Below, piece after piece: positions 1 to 11,387 of a stretch of 64,000 nt of DNA. The notes under the pieces were generated by a model, which ran no database searches, was not told where the DNA came from, and saw only the letters and a program-made list of their open reading frames with translations. A program made the translations under genes and the position numbers. The stretch lies in contig QPMI01000581.1 of assembly GCA_004431415.1 (NCBI GenBank), forward strand, positions 1 through 64,000. Reading direction: 5' to 3'. Position 1 is the first letter of the stretch; each line of letters starts with the position of its first letter. This DNA comes from Cyanophora paradoxa CCMP329 (Eukaryota; Plantae; Glaucophyta).

Positions 1-1357
1 TATACGACGTAATCCATCTTTTCCAAAATTATATAGCTATGCATGAGAGCGCGAACATTGACATCGATTACCTTATCTGAAGGCATGTAGAGGGTGAGGA
101 AGGAAGAAGAGGAATTTGGTTAAATCGACATAACCAGACTGGGCAATATTTCGAGTTGCCTTCTCTCCATCAATGCAGAAACTTAAACCTGAAAGGACAT
201 AGCGATCAGCAACCTTATCCATGTTAGAGCATTTGAAGGCATCAGCAATTAGCTCAGCACCTTTGAGTAGGGAAATTGGCTCAGTGGCATAAAGTCGCTG
301 TCCATTAATTTCAACAGTGAAAGTAATATCTTTGGAGTTGGCATAGGTCTTAAGAACACTGTGGGAGCCAGTGGATTTATCAACAGTTTGCATTATCACG
401 AACTGAAACAAGCAGAGCATAAACAAGACCTGAGATTTGAGAGAGGTTAATTCGATTGGGTTGGGCATTGCCCTTGGCAGGGAAAGCACTAGCATCTACA
501 AATCCAATATCAGGAGGGAATAGCCATGCCAGTAGTCTTTACTTTTCAATTACAGTAGCGAAAAGCTCATCAGAAACATTAATAGCATGCATGTAAAGGC
601 GAGGAGAAGTAATAGAAATGACAGGGGTTGTTGCACCAAGAGTAAAGTCTGTGATGTTTTGACCAACATTTGGCCAGAACAGTTTCAGCAGGGGCAGTTC
701 CAAGACCGTCATCTTTTGATAATCTACATCAGCTGCTGCAACAGTAAGACCACGACCACCATAGGAAGTTTCAACATAACCCTTTCCAGCATCCTTAAAC
801 CAAACCAGTAACAACCATTTCACCAGATAAAGCACCAAGGGGAAGGTAGTGATTAGCCAAGGCACAGGAATTTCAACGAAAAATGAGCCACCAAGGCGGT
901 TGTTCCATGAGCAGGAATGCCATGAACCATGCCCATTGATCGCTTCTTTTTAGCTAGTTGATCCTCCGAATAATAGACCAGGGGAAATGAGCAAGGAAAT
1001 CAGATGGAATATGGTAGGTGTAAGATCCATAGGTAATTTCAAGTCGCTGAACTAAAGCACCAACTGGGCGAGTGTATCCATTGCGAACTAGGTCAGTATC
1101 ACCAGCAAAAGTGATGGCTGGAAGGTCGAAAGCAAGTTTCGAGTTTTCCACAGAAATTGTAGCGAGGTAGCTTGAAGGAAATGCGATTTCCAACATTATT
1201 CTCAAAAGTATTGCTGGATTCACAACAACTAGAACTGGCTTAGACTTGGATTCGAGACCAAGCATAAGGGAGTTATCCAGGAAAAAGGCTTTCGCCTCCT
1301 CTGGGTTGTTAGGGCTTCTTTCAGCGAAAGTCTTTGAAGAGTGGAAGTGATATCCAT
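1..1357 (-). pseudogene. Major capsid protein (DJR) of element C, several frameshifts, runs off the window start
   Basis: Fragments in different frames (954..1385, 539..865, 73..495) match the intact MCP at 22261..23649; frameshifts may be sequencing errors. Confidence 0.85.
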
Positions 1358-1410
1358 TATATTCTCTTTTATTATACTGCAACATAAAAAATCTACCAAT
1401 GATCCTTAAT

Positions 1411-2421
1411 TTATGCGAAGTTTGTAATAACTGGATAGGAAGGGTGAAGCTGCGACATTCTCATCTTATAGTATTCATAAACTGGGTCCCCAGCTGGCTC
1501 ATCACCATAGCGAATTTCAAAGGTCAGATGAACAGGTTGACCCTCAAAATCAATTGGTTCATTTACAGCATTAACAATATCAACCGAGAAAGTGGATAAT
1601 CCAACCTTCTTATTATAATATTTATAAAGTGGATGAGCCTCTGTTGAATTGTAAACAACATGCTCACCATAATCTTTGTCAGGAACCACTATTTTATGGA
1701 AGTAACCAGTCAGAAGACCATCCCCACATTGAACCAGATCACCCAGCTCCTTTACTCTCACAAACAAAACACTGTCCCTGGTCTTCTCAGGCTCAAAAGA
1801 AGATATAATGCCATTCACTCGACCATCAGTAAAGATTCCATCAGTGAGAGCATCATAAACTTGGGATTTGATTGGGGAATTCCCATATCTTCCAGGATCA
1901 AGACCAAGCAGTCTAGCTGAACTCAATAGCTTTTGGATTGTTTGTTGGCTTGGGTTTACAGCAAGTGAGAAAGCCAGGTAAAAAGGCACTGCCGAGTGGA
2001 ATATAATTCGTTTCAGTGACTCATCCCATTTGCAGCGAATGGATGGTTGGGGAGTTCTGCCAATGAATTTGGAGTTGATTACATTCACCAGCTGTTGGTG
2101 GCTTTGGATGGGGGTCTCGCGATTTACCATGAATTGTTTCCATTGTTCAAAATCAGCAGCTGGGCGAGTTGTTGGAATTCCTGAGCTTCCAGCTCCTGGA
2201 GTTTGTTCCGAATAATAAATACTAAATGTGTTATCAACTGTGACATCTCCTGCTTTGGTTTCACCACTCACCATAGGGATGCTGTTATAAAATTCGGCTG
2301 AGACCAGTCTCACAGCCCTCACATTCTCATAACTACTGGGGAGTCTAGCCACAAAGCTTGATGTGGGACCATCACCAGAGATTGTATTAAATGAGCTAAC
2401 CTCGATGTAATCCACAGGCAT
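1411..2421 (-). CDS. Minor capsid (penton-like) protein 1, element C
   Basis: 336 aa; N-term SFVARLPSSYENVRAVRLVSAEFYNSIP and C-term VDIVNAVNEPIDFEGQPVHLTFEI resemble PLV/Polinton minor capsid; adjacent to MCP. Confidence 0.75.
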   Translation of the reverse strand: MPVDYIEVSSFNTISGDGPTSSFVARLPSSYENVRAVRLVSAEFYNSIPMVSGETKAGDVTVDNTFSIYYSEQTPGAGSSGIPTTRPAADFEQWKQFMVNRETPIQSHQQLVNVINSKFIGRTPQPSIRCKWDESLKRIIFHSAVPFYLAFSLAVNPSQQTIQKLLSSARLLGLDPGRYGNSPIKSQVYDALTDGIFTDGRVNGIISSFEPEKTRDSVLFVRVKELGDLVQCGDGLLTGYFHKIVVPDKDYGEHVVYNSTEAHPLYKYYNKKVGLSTFSVDIVNAVNEPIDFEGQPVHLTFEIRYGDEPAGDPVYEYYKMRMSQLHPSYPVITNFA

Positions 2422-2449
2422 TCTTCTTTATCTATATTTATATATTAAA

Positions 2450-3378
2450 ATGAACCGGCTCGTTAATATTGATAGCAGGATAGAAGCCAAGGACAAAATG
2501 AAAACTCTTACAGGGTCACCCTCACAACTCCAGTAGAGAGACCAAGGAATGCAGGGTTCTATATGCAGAGATTCCAAACAGCATCTATAACAGTGTGGGA
2601 ACTGATCATCTAACAGTTCAGTTTAATTACCAAGATGGTTCATATAACCAAGTGATCACACAACAAGTGTATCCCCTTCCCAGTGGCTACATCAATCAGG
2701 GTCATTTTGGGGTAACACACCCTTATAATTATGGGCTGAACTATTCAAGCTTCCAAACCATTGCAGGCAAAACAGTAGCTTTTGAGTTCAAGATATTCTA
2801 TAACCCAACTACCTATAAAGTGGAGTTTTACAGTAACCATGAGTTTCGTTTTATTGCAAGCAACCAGAGAATAGGGAAGCTTTTGGGTGTGAGTTCTACT
2901 GAATACACCAATGGGTATTATAGCACTCCTCCTGTTGGTGGATCTCCCTATCGACCTGAGAACCTTTTAAAGTATGATGGCAAACCTATTACACCTGATC
3001 ACCCAGCATGGGGAATCACCTTCTCAGGACCCAGACTCTCCTCTAAGCCCTTGCAATATTATTTTGACAGCAGGAAGATGTCTGATATGAATGCTGAGCA
3101 GTATCTGTACATGCATATTAAAGAGCTGTCCCCTTTGCCAGCAGACACAATATAATTCCAAAATCGCAACCACAAAATCAGGGAGCTATCCTTAGATTGC
3201 AATTGAGTAAGGATATAGGGGGCTATGTTTACCATAGTGGTGAGCATGCAGAATTTATTCAAATCAATGACAGAAACCTGGTGATAAGGGAACTCACAGT
3301 TGAATTTAAAGATTACTTTGGTGAACTGATTGATATGAATGGAATCGATAATTCTTTCAGTTGGAGTTTATCGAATAA
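2450..3378 (+). CDS. Minor capsid (penton-like) protein 2, element C (frameshifted)
   Basis: Copy of 18371..19302; C-terminal ELTVEFKDYFGELIDMNGIDNSF in a shifted frame. Confidence 0.7.
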
Positions 3379-4923
3379 AGGCACCTGTGAAATCAACTCT
3401 CATTGTGGGAGCATTCACATACACAAGGGATAAATGCGAATATATTTAATTCTGAGAGAAAAACCTATGTAAAAAGCATCCTTGATGCTGAGAGGGAACC
3501 CACTCAATAGAGCCATATCACCTGAGTTGTGAGCATTGTTAATGTTCTCACAGACATATATTTTGTTCTGCCCATCTGATCGAATAAAAGACCAGTTGAT
3601 CCCATCAGTGGATGTTGCCACATTGAAAATCTTAATAAAAGCATTGGTGTCCCCTGATCCATAGGCAATCACAGAAGAGAGTTCAAAAGTATATGGGAAA
3701 GCAACTTGAAGGTATTCAGTGGGGGTTTCCCATATCTGCTCAGGAGCATAGGCTCCAGCTTCCCAGCCAAATGCTGAAGGTCTAGCCATGAAAGGCTCTT
3801 TACCAGTCACAGAGGATGAGGCAGTGAAGGCATCATCTGCAAGCTGATACCAATTAGCATCCAAAGGTGGTGATGTAGTGAGAGTGGATGAAATGTAAGC
3901 CTTTGAAGGGTTCTTTAGTTCATAGTTTGCTACTAGTAGGCTGCAAAGCTTATTGATCATATCATTGTTTGCTGCAATGTAGGTTTCTGTGAAAGAAAGC
4001 ATATCTGGGATTTTAGAAGTGTCATCAAGGGAGCTAACTATATGGTTTGGAAGAGGGACCGATAGCCTATAGTATCTCCCATAATCCTGATCATAGTTGT
4101 AGGGTAACAACTCCTCCATCTTATCAAGGGCAGAAAGCTCACTTGCAGCCATGAGCATGTTAATCAATGGGCTTCCATCTGTTGAGGCAATCCATGAGAG
4201 AATGCCCCAGCTGTTTACAGTCTCATAAGCATAACCCACATAATCAGACTCTAAATGTGGGTCTACCTCTCCACAAGATATACTTATTACTATAATATCA
4301 TCATCATCACTGTAAATTTTCTTTGCATGGCTGTAACCACACACACTGGGATTATTGTTTCCCGAAATGGCACCATCAATTAGACAGACATATACCCCCC
4401 GATTGAAATCAACAATGCTTACAGGAGAGAAATATGTAGGAGCAGCAGAAGTAGCCCTAGCAGCAATCTTACAAGGCATAAAGTTGTAATTGTTATCATT
4501 TGTGATAAATATTGGTTTCATATTCTGAGTGTCAAATGATGTAATTACAATGTCCTTTAGGGAGTCCTGTATTAGTGATTCCCCAGTAACTGAATTGATT
4601 GCAGTCTCCAAGGGTCCGACATCATACTTTGTGTTAAATAGGGCATTTTCGATGATATTTCGAGGATTTGCGAAAATCAAGGGCAGTTGAGTTAGGTAAA
4701 TATTGTGTAAATCGTTTGCTGTGAGTTTAGGTTCACCTGGTTTATCAGGATGCCTGATGTTTAACCCAATAGCAATGATCCCACCAGTGGAAGTTCCACT
4801 CACAAGATCCACAAGGTCAATAATTCGCCTGCCAGTTCGATTTTCGATTTCTTTGAGCAGCCTGGTTATGATAATGCCCCTTGCACCCCCGCCAGAAAGA
4901 CTTAAAACGACCTTGAGAGGCAT
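3368..4923 (-). CDS. Patatin-like phospholipase fused to discoidin (F5/8 type C) domain, element C; frameshift near 3' end
   Basis: GGGARG, GTSTG, DGA motifs; near-identical to 16825..18381. Confidence 0.85.
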
Positions 4924-4966
4924 CTTTTACTTATCAGGAATTTTATAAATCCATATAGTAAAAGCC

Positions 4967-6901
4967 ATGAGCTTCAATTACCCACCAAATCTAGAAACCA
5001 TTCAAGAGGATAATGCAAGCAGCACCAAGCATGTGAACTTTGATAATATTAAAGTAAAGGGTTCAGTTTCAATTGACCACAGCTCTGATAATTCATCAAA
5101 GACTCAATCAAGGGAGCATGCTTTATCTGTGAATCAAACCGATCCAGATAAAGAGGAGGTCAGTGTTGCTTTTAGTTTGGGTAATGTGAAAGCAAACCAA
5201 GTGGCAGAGATCAAAGCAACAAGAAGGAGACCTAGGAAACTAAAAACCAGTGGCACTCACCCAGATATACCTTCCAGGTTCGATAGTGGTCGATTGATTT
5301 TCAATGTTCAAGATGAGCAGGGCAAACAGAACACAGCTTTGCGAATTTACAATGAGGGCAGCACTCCAAAAGCTGAGGTCCCCCAAGTATTGCAAGTGGG
5401 TCCCATTGCCAACACAAATCAGGTCTCCTACACAAATGATGTCTACCCCAAGGATATTACATATGACTTTGCGAGGAATGAGCCTTTTGGGTTTTTACTC
5501 CAAAAGATGTCCATCAAAAAAAGCCATCAATTACAATCAACAGTAGCCCCAGTCAGCCAGTAGCAATCCATTTACACCCTGATTTAGTCGAAATGGATAG
5601 GCACCTTTTGCCTTTGTATAGCAATGTGAAAGACCTTGGAATTCGAACCAGGCAATGGCGAAATATCCATGGCAGCAATGTGTATGCAAATGGAGAGAAG
5701 CTTGTAAGTGAGAAAACCCTAAGAGAAATCATTGAGCATTATGGTCCCAATGGACCTACTGTCCCATTCCCTATTCCATTTCCCAATGGACCACCCGATT
5801 TAACACCAAAGAAGCAACCTGGAAGAGAATACACAGCAACTGAAGATGTAGCCTTTGGGCAGCACATTGTTAGTTGGGAGCAAGTTCGCAATAAACCTAT
5901 AATTGAACCAAAAAAGCAAATAGATGAGCAGTATTTACCTCCTGAAATCGATATATTAGAGCTTGATGAATATCAATTCGTTCCAGATGAGGAAGAATAT
6001 TTACCAGATGGTTTTGACCCACAAGAATATGAATATGATCAGTTTGATCCCAATGAGGAGGAGATACTACCAGATGGCTTAGATCCACAAGAGTTTGAGT
6101 ATGAGCAGAACTATGAACCTGATGAGGAGTATTTGCCAGATGGGCATGATCCACCAGTTGTTGATTATGAGCAACCTTATGAACCCCATGAGGAATTATT
6201 ACCAGATGGATTTCGACCTGAGATCTGGGAGTTCTTTCCTGATTATGAACAAATTAATAATAAACCTGCAAAGTATCCCCAGAGGATCACAATCATGATT
6301 GGGATGAGATCTTAGGCAAACCTCAAAAGTATCCACCAGAGGATCACAGGCATGATTGGGGTGAAATTGATGGGATTCCAACTGAGTTCCCACCAAGCAA
6401 ACATGAACATATTTGGGATGAGATCAATGACCAACCAGAATTTGCAAAGGTGGAGCCTCTTGATAACTTGGGGGTTTCTCTTTACCAGACTTGTAATATC
6501 CCTGAAAGGATCTTTTTGAATGAACACTATGTTCATGTGAATGGGACACTTGCAAATTCAGCTATGAGAGGACCACTTCATATTAGGACATTACCAGGCT
6601 CTTTTGAAACCCCACCACCACCAGGAGCAACCATACCAAATATCTTTGTGTCAAGCTACATGGAGGCTGACATTCCCACAGATACATTCAGAGTCCCAAC
6701 AGACCCAGCAACCTACCAAAATTACAACTCTGCTATACAGGTTCATGTAGCAGATGTAAGCAGCTTAGATGGCTCAAGACCAATGATAGTTTTCAGTCGA
6801 GATAAGTATTCCTACATTCCCATAGTGGGAACTGCAAATGATAATTATGGAAGGGCAGAGCTTGCATGGATGGATTATGGAAGGGCAGAGCTTGCATGGA
6901 T
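4967..6901 (+). pseudogene. Large phage-like fibre gene of element C, 5' part, interrupted by element A
   Basis: Near-identical to the reverse complement of A fibre 16781..14878; continues at 60590..62457. Confidence 0.85.
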
Positions 6902-7934
6902 TTTGTATTCTTTTCGATATTTTATCGTAAATTTCTCTTATTTTCCGATTAGTCTTACTGAGTCTATCGATAATCTGTATATATTTCCGAATAATATAAC
7001 TGAATCTCAATTAGATCTTGCCTCTGGTTAAAACTCCGCATTTTACTATGTGTGATTGGTCTGTTTGTTAATTGATTTAATCGATATTATATTCATGTAC
7101 TTTCTCGATTAAATTTAATTAAATTTAATTCATTTAATCGGAAATATATCGCTAAACTCGATTAAGATCCATAAAAGATTCATTTGTTAAATAAAAAAAA
7201 TCGATCTCTTATTGAATTCAATCGTAATTATACATGAAACTTATATGTTTTTATCATGTTTTAATGATTCTAAGGGGGGACCCTTAGGATTTTTGAAATA
7301 ATTGGGTGTGACAGGTGTGACAGGTGTGACAGGTCCATCCCAAGGAAAGTCCTAGTGAGAAATTGATTTTGAAAATCCACGGGATAGACCTGTCACACCT
7401 GTCACACATACCATATTCAGTAAGGACCTCATTCATTGTTAAAATCTCAGTGTTAGTTGGTGTAGTTGATTCAAATGTGATCTTAGGAATGTGATTTAAA
7501 ATCTTTCAGGCAGCATTTATTTGTCAGGCATTAAATCCATCGATTTTGACAAAGTATTTTATTTTGGCAAAATCATTGTTTGGATCAACAATGAAATTTG
7601 AATTATAGAAAAGTTTTCTAAAAAGGTGCCTGACAATGCCTGACATACTATATAAGTGCCTGACAACTATATTATAGTGCCTGACAAACCATATATGGTA
7701 ATACTATATGATATCTTCTACTTTCTCAGTGTTAGTTGGTGTAGTTGATTCAAAAAATGCATTTATACTCTGATTCATTGTTATTTCCTGTGAAATTTGA
7801 GTCAACTCAACCCACTTAGTCAACCCTCCCATTGAATTCGTAACAAAATCCATATACTTTTACTACTTTTACGATTAATATGAGTCAACCTTGAGTCCAC
7901 TTAAATTATAATTGGGGAATGAAGGGGAGATGCT
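6900..7934 (+). repeat. Left TIR of element A (outermost 129 bp missing)
   Basis: Reverse complement of 59426-60460. Confidence 0.93.
7305..7425. promoter_or_regulatory. Iteron palindrome (GGTGTGACA x3 ... TGTCACAC x2), putative origin
   Basis: Same structure at 50639-50759 and 59935-60055; function inferred. Confidence 0.55.
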
Positions 7935-8084
7935 GAGTTTTATTGTAAGGAAATCGATAGTATTCGAAATTGTAACATATTCTATTGTAGGAAAGGGATA
8001 TATTATATCCTTTTGTTATAATAGCTGATCAATGTTATTGTAATAAAAAAGGTAAATCACCCTGATCATCATTATAGAAACCCA

Positions 8085-8483
8085 TCAAAACGGGAATCTA
8101 TCATGTTTATGTCTCTCAGTCTTCTCAAATGTTAAGAAATTCATTGTTTTATCGATCTCATCTGCTACTGATTGTGTTTTATGCTGAGCTTCTTTACCAC
8201 AACTGAATATATCAATTGCTAACATGCCTTCATTGGAATAACAATGAGCTGTGCAATGGCTTTCATCTAATAGCAGAACCAATGCAAAACCAGGAGGTGA
8301 TAGTTTGCCATCAAATATCTCACAATGCTTATGAACAATCCTAATACCTTGTCTCAATACTGCTTGTTCAAGGGTTCCCATAATCCAATTACCTAGGAAG
8401 CTAACATGCTCATATCCTGTTGCTATAGCTGATTTAGCTTTGTAATCAAGCATAACATGAAAGCCTCTGTATTGAGTCTCCAT
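8085..8483 (-). CDS. speD: S-adenosylmethionine decarboxylase proenzyme family (short prokaryotic type), element A
   Basis: GFHVMLD, LLDESHCTAHCY (E-S self-cleavage motif), AIDIFSCG. Confidence 0.85.
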   Translation of the reverse strand: METQYRGFHVMLDYKAKSAIATGYEHVSFLGNWIMGTLEQAVLRQGIRIVHKHCEIFDGKLSPPGFALVLLLDESHCTAHCYSNEGMLAIDIFSCGKEAQHKTQSVADEIDKTMNFLTFEKTERHKHDRFPF

Positions 8484-8512
8484 TAAGAATACCTTAGAAA
8501 AATTAATTAAAC

Positions 8513-8785
8513 CTAATCGAACCTAATGCAAATATCCCTATACTCTACTCTAATTGATGAAGTAGCCCTTTTCCTATAAGCCTGAGAGTGCTTTTTGTTG
8601 CATTCCCTACACCCTGATCCCTTCACATGATTAAAGGGATAGGTAAGGATCACCTTATTACACTGCAAACATCTCACAGATACTTTCTCTTGAGCTTTGA
8701 TGTAATGTGTCTCACTGTAATCGAATTTATCTTTACCATGGACTGTCATAGCAGCATCAATAAACTTTTTTGTTTTACTATCCAT
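8513..8785 (-). CDS. Small Zn-ribbon protein with one HGxxFDYS...CxxC...GSGCxxC repeat
   Basis: Single copy of the repeat found three times in 47195..48136; ortholog at 44342..44614. Confidence 0.7.
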   Translation of the reverse strand: MDSKTKKFIDAAMTVHGKDKFDYSETHYIKAQEKVSVRCLQCNKVILTYPFNHVKGSGCRECNKKHSQAYRKRATSSIRVEYRDICIRFD

Positions 8786-8807
8786 ACTCTATATATAACC
8801 AATATTC

Positions 8808-9641
8808 TTATGGAGCAGTATCCTGCCCAAAAATGGGGAAATATCGATTAGTGCCATAGTACTCAGCATAGGTATTCTGCTTTGCAATAAAATCAGTTCT
8901 CTCAGCATATAATACACACTTGTAGATACCAAACTTGGTGGCTCTAACCAGAAACTGATAGTCTTCCAAACCGAAATTGACTCCATGATAAGCAATACCA
9001 AAATTATCATATGGGGTGATCACAACTGCAAAATTAGGAGTTCCACCCTCTACTTGACAAAGAGCATAAACATCTGGTGGGATATCCACAACCACCTTGT
9101 AGTGGTCACCAATCTCAACAAGGGAGTCTACTACTGCTGTTTGTTCATTTACAACAATGGGGAATATCTTTATAATGTATGGGGCATTCATGCTGGGGAC
9201 ATAGGTTCGAATTCTTGTATTGGGATCAATGGGATTGGGTTGATCATTCACAAATAAAGGCGCTCCAACAGCCCCACCAACCCTAAGACCATCACCAATA
9301 TAAGCTCCCCCCGATTTGCAGTTAATAGCTCCCGACCTAGATTCAAAAGAATAAGTAGACAGAGGATCTCCATAGCTATCTGGGTCTCCATAATGAGCAG
9401 AAAAGTTTGCATTTGTGACAAGTAGCTTAGTTGTCTTAACTATTCCATTATTTTTATCACATCTGAGTTCCTGTAATCTCAGTTTGTGGGTGGAACCAAA
9501 GGTGTTCATTGTAGGTTGGACCTCTGTGGATTGGAGACCCTCTACATCATCAAAGGTAGCATGCTGTAAAACATGGTTTGCTGGGGCAGCTAATGATAGT
9601 TGAGGTGTAATAATTCGTTCAAGTGGGGGTTGCTCAGCCAT
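8808..9641 (-). CDS. Fibre/spike paralog 4 (shared N-terminal ELRCDKN domain)
   Basis: KLRLQELRCDKNNGIVKTTKLLVTNAN and SGGAYIGDG shared with three neighbouring paralogs; ortholog at 43476. Confidence 0.6.
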   Translation of the reverse strand: MAEQPPLERIITPQLSLAAPANHVLQHATFDDVEGLQSTEVQPTMNTFGSTHKLRLQELRCDKNNGIVKTTKLLVTNANFSAHYGDPDSYGDPLSTYSFESRSGAINCKSGGAYIGDGLRVGGAVGAPLFVNDQPNPIDPNTRIRTYVPSMNAPYIIKIFPIVVNEQTAVVDSLVEIGDHYKVVVDIPPDVYALCQVEGGTPNFAVVITPYDNFGIAYHGVNFGLEDYQFLVRATKFGIYKCVLYAERTDFIAKQNTYAEYYGTNRYFPIFGQDTAP

Positions 9642-9664
9642 TTTACATTAAAGGGATATATCTT

Positions 9665-10159
9665 TTATGGGGTTGGGTCATCAATTACATTCAAATATGC
9701 AAACTCTCCTTTAATTTCGATTGCCCGGGCATTGTATGCTCTTGCTGCGTCTTCTTCTTTTTCAAAGTAGCCAATAATAATTTGTTTATAGTCGTGTTTG
9801 ATTTTTGCAAGCCATTTCTTCATTCCTTTACTCCAAGAGACACCTTTGTATTTACTGGTGGATTCTTGTGTAGTTTTGGGTTTGTTCATCTGATTCTGTG
9901 CATGTGTGCATCTCCGAAGATTGGTTTTTCTATTGTCCAACTTGTCGTGATTGATATGATCAATCTGAATCTTAGGGTCAATTTCAGACATTGCATATCT
10001 GTGCGCCCTGGTGAGTGTTTGACCAATTCTGCAATTTACATAACCTCTCGTATCAATTGACCAAGTATACCTCTCAAACCGTTCTTTATCTTCATAATCA
10101 ATTTTCATAAACTTCCCATGACCTTTTTTTCCTGAGAGAGCGATTAAAGCATAATCCAT
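9665..10159 (-). CDS. HNH endonuclease with C-terminal AP2 domain (free-standing homing endonuclease)
   Basis: IDHINHDKLDNRKTNLR; SKYKGVSW...KWLAKI...IGYFEKEEDAARAYN; absent from B. Confidence 0.92.
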   Translation of the reverse strand: MDYALIALSGKKGHGKFMKIDYEDKERFERYTWSIDTRGYVNCRIGQTLTRAHRYAMSEIDPKIQIDHINHDKLDNRKTNLRRCTHAQNQMNKPKTTQESTSKYKGVSWSKGMKKWLAKIKHDYKQIIIGYFEKEEDAARAYNARAIEIKGEFAYLNVIDDPTP

Positions 10160-10208
10160 GATGGTGAATTCTTATACGTTTTACCAAGCTATTTTTTATA
10201 TCATTTTT

Positions 10209-11063
10209 TTATGGGGTCGGGTCATCAATAATATCTGGCTCCGCATAGAATCCGGTTGTGAAGATATCAGCAACATTTACCCCACGAAGTGCTGATACAG
10301 CTGCTATATCTGTTCTCAGTCCCATAATCATAGTATTGTATACTCCAACCTCAGTGACAAACAGATCATAAGTAAATGTCAGATTGTTATAAACACAATA
10401 TCCCCGACCAAAATGGTTGGATGCTTGAACAAAGAATAGGTAATTGTGACCTTGTTGGTTATTATTTGCTCTGCACATTGAGAGCATTGCTGTGGGAAGA
10501 GGAATATTCCTTCTCACTCGATCAGTTCCTGTAATGGAAACCAATTCTGAATTTTCAAGAGTGACAGATGATGCAACATAGAAATGCAGAAAAGGTTGCT
10601 GTGCGACAGGAGTATATAATCGAATTCGTTGGGGGTCTTCAACATTCTGCTCAAGAGTATCTGGGACATCATTATACGAAATTGAGGATGAAAGCTGACC
10701 TGAAATTCGACAGCCACCCCCAATAAATGCTCCTCCTGATCTCACAGTAACAGCAGCAGAATTCTTATCGAAATCAAGGGCTTTCAGATCAACACTGTAA
10801 GCATCAGGACCTCCATTGGTAGGCTGGAAAAAGTTAGCATTTGTGACAAGAAGTCGAGTTGTTTTAACCACACCAGAATTCTTATCAGCTCTCAGCTCTT
10901 TAACTCGAATAATCGAATTTTTATCAAAGGAGTTGCCATTGGAATTGGGTCTCTCTGTGGATTCTAAACCACGAACCTCATCATTTACTTCATGCTGGCG
11001 AAAATGCATTGCAGGGGATCCAAGGGAATATATAGGCAGTTGAACTCGATTATATTCACCCAT
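10209..11063 (-). CDS. Fibre/spike paralog 3
   Basis: IRVKELRADKNSGVVKTT shared N-domain; likely start MGEYNRV; ortholog at 42614. Confidence 0.6.
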   Translation of the reverse strand: MGEYNRVQLPIYSLGSPAMHFRQHEVNDEVRGLESTERPNSNGNSFDKNSIIRVKELRADKNSGVVKTTRLLVTNANFFQPTNGGPDAYSVDLKALDFDKNSAAVTVRSGGAFIGGGCRISGQLSSSISYNDVPDTLEQNVEDPQRIRLYTPVAQQPFLHFYVASSVTLENSELVSITGTDRVRRNIPLPTAMLSMCRANNNQQGHNYLFFVQASNHFGRGYCVYNNLTFTYDLFVTEVGVYNTMIMGLRTDIAAVSALRGVNVADIFTTGFYAEPDIIDDPTP

Positions 11064-11098
11064 TGCTTCTTTTACTAAGAAGGAAAGAAAAATAATGT

Positions 11099-11365
11099 TC
11101 ATTGTTCTTCTGTGACATAATTATATTCGATACCTTTCTTTACAGTTCCCCTTTGGAATGCCTGTAAAACGATGGCTTCCTTTGAGGTTGGTATTTGAAT
11201 TCCTGATGCAATGCAAGACTGGATCTCTTTCTGAACAATATCATCAATTGCAATTCTTGCCCTGTTATGAACCACATTATCAATCCAATCCTGAACAGAA
11301 GCTGCACAGAATTCCATTCCCAGCTTCTCAGTATCTGAGAGAACTACTTGGTAGATATTCGACAT
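11099..11365 (-). CDS. Small phage-type protein next to C1q fibre genes (possible chaperone)
   Basis: VQDWIDNVVHNRARIAIDDI resembles small proteins I recall beside C1q-domain tail fibres in aquatic phages; ortholog at 42312. Confidence 0.55.
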   Translation of the reverse strand: MSNIYQVVLSDTEKLGMEFCAASVQDWIDNVVHNRARIAIDDIVQKEIQSCIASGIQIPTSKEAIVLQAFQRGTVKKGIEYNYVTEEQ

Positions 11366-11387
11366 TCCTACTTTATAAAGAGAAAAT

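Larger units (their letters stand above)
1..6899 (-). mobile_element. Element C, left part: Polinton-like endogenous virus, near-identical sister of element A in opposite orientation; continues at 60590-62871
   Basis: 1-6871 is the reverse complement of A's 14878-21500 plus 46821-47075 (fibre, patatin, two penton-like genes, MCP) with scattered substitutions; its fibre gene resumes at 60590. Confidence 0.9.

Noticed and set aside
3128-3144. 14-17 nt GT-AG micro-intron restoring the penton-2 frame
   Set aside because: Arithmetically possible but too short for nearly all spliceosomes, and no other introns are evident
1-6400. Frameshifts in C (and single ones in A and B) as true pseudogenisation or recoding
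   Set aside because: They fall mostly in homopolymer runs and differ between copies, consistent with long-read consensus error; only the shared penton-2 shift is kept as a finding
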